Shown in pieces: positions 63,128 to 64,000 of a DNA stretch of 64,000 bases. The notes beneath the pieces were generated by a model. That model did no database searches and was not told the origin of the DNA. It saw nothing but the letters and a program-made list of their open reading frames with translations. The translations under genes and the position numbers were made by a program. How positions within the stretch are numbered: the first letter of the stretch is position 1; each line of letters begins with the position of its first letter. The stretch spans positions 17,918,001 to 17,982,000 of the forward strand of contig NC_043013.1 in assembly GCF_006345805.1 (NCBI RefSeq), read 5' to 3'. The DNA comes from Octopus sinensis. Lineage: Eukaryota.

Positions 63128-63218
63128 CAAAAGAAAGGTGGTGGTATTTCTTTCAACTCTACAGTGCCTCTAACAAAAATCAACGAAAAAATGGTGCAGT
63201 TAATTTTGCATGAATATA
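63128..63218 (+). CDS. DRG2: DRG2 exon 8 (gene continues beyond the window)
   Basis: QKKGGGISFNSTVPLTKINEKMVQLILHEY plus 1 nt. TTTTCAG acceptor. Confidence 0.95.
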
Positions 63219-63228
63219 GTATCCTTTT
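63219..63228 (+). other. U12-type 5' splice site
   Basis: GTATCCTTTT starts exactly where homology to DRG2 (HEY|K, phase 1) breaks off. Confidence 0.9.
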
Positions 63229-63320
63229 TTGGAAATACATTATTGGAAAAAAAATGTTATTACTTCTGATGCCCCTTAATTAATGGTCTCAAGTTTATTA
63301 CAATATTCTTCTATTATTTT

Positions 63321-63700
63321 TACTAGCAGGTGTACCCGGCGTTGCCTGGGTTCGTTAGTTCGAAAAAGCTCTGAAACTAATAAAGCAATTAACAGTCTGC
63401 TCCCTTAAACACCTTTCACACTTTATGGCAAGACTAACACCTAAGTAACTCTTAATGGGAACTGCATGTGTAATATTATGATAACAATCAAGTGAAAAAA
63501 TAAAGCAACAAAAATTATAGCAGCAATAACGTAGGACTGAAATAGGGTGTCAGTACAGCAAGTCTACAAAACTTCCTTATAAATAACATTTTTAGTTTTC
63601 TTGAATTTAAGAAGTATTTGAGGTTTAGTGAAATGGTCCCAGCAGCATGTGGGGGGTCTTTATTCCCACATTATGTAACCTCATTGAAAAGTCCGGTATA
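63321..63700 (+). mobile_element. Possible Helentron-associated (HINE/DINE-1-like) non-autonomous element, 5' part
   Basis: Begins after a T-run with ACTAGCAGGTGTACCCGGCGTTGCCTGGG (subterminal inverted motif). The 3' boundary is uncertain. Confidence 0.45.
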
Positions 63701-64000
63701 AATAGAGTTGCTCCTTCCCTTACTGGGTCTTGTAGACAAAAAAAAAAAAAAAAAAAAAAGTGAAAGTTGAAGTTTTGCTATCCTTGTCTGCTAATGTATA
63801 TTTTTATGGTTTTAGACAGGAGGAACGGAGCGTATCCATTAATCTAGGAGGTATTTGTAGATTGGTGGTGTTGATTGCAGGAAAAACGTTGGCAAAAGGG
63901 TATTCCAGACGTTTTATATTGTATTGTATGTTATTTTGAGGGGTTATATCATCATATCATGTTGTATGATCATTCCTTCATATGATGTCTAAATGATTTT

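Overview
This is AT-rich, repeat-dense eukaryotic genomic DNA, most likely an octopus (inferred from the tRNA/CORE-type SINE families, RTE/CR1/Penelope debris and (AT)n/(CA)n microsatellites). Four protein-coding genes can be rebuilt by hand from splice sites and reading phase. (1) The last exon of COA3 (+, 2099-2190), behind a U12-type branch site. (2) A complete 141-aa CD225/dispanin-family membrane protein gene (-, 15049-11880), with an RTE LINE filling most of its coding intron. (3) A complete 9-exon ERI2 exoribonuclease gene (-, 42780-26908, 722 aa) with a DEDDh domain and a GRF zinc finger. (4) The first 8 coding exons of DRG2 (+, 46626-63218), ending at a U12 donor GTATCCTTT. The rest is mobile DNA: piggyBac, mariner, a DD37E Tc1-like element, hAT and Merlin-type MITEs with intact TSDs, a Helitron, long foldback palindromes and at least four SINE families. 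The best leads are two minor-spliceosome introns, a divergent dispanin, a decayed unidentified ORF bracketed by 88-bp inverted arms next to the ERI2 start, SINE tails abutting splice acceptors, and intronic foldbacks. No database searches were run; family names come from recognised motifs. I found no clearly new multi-gene system.
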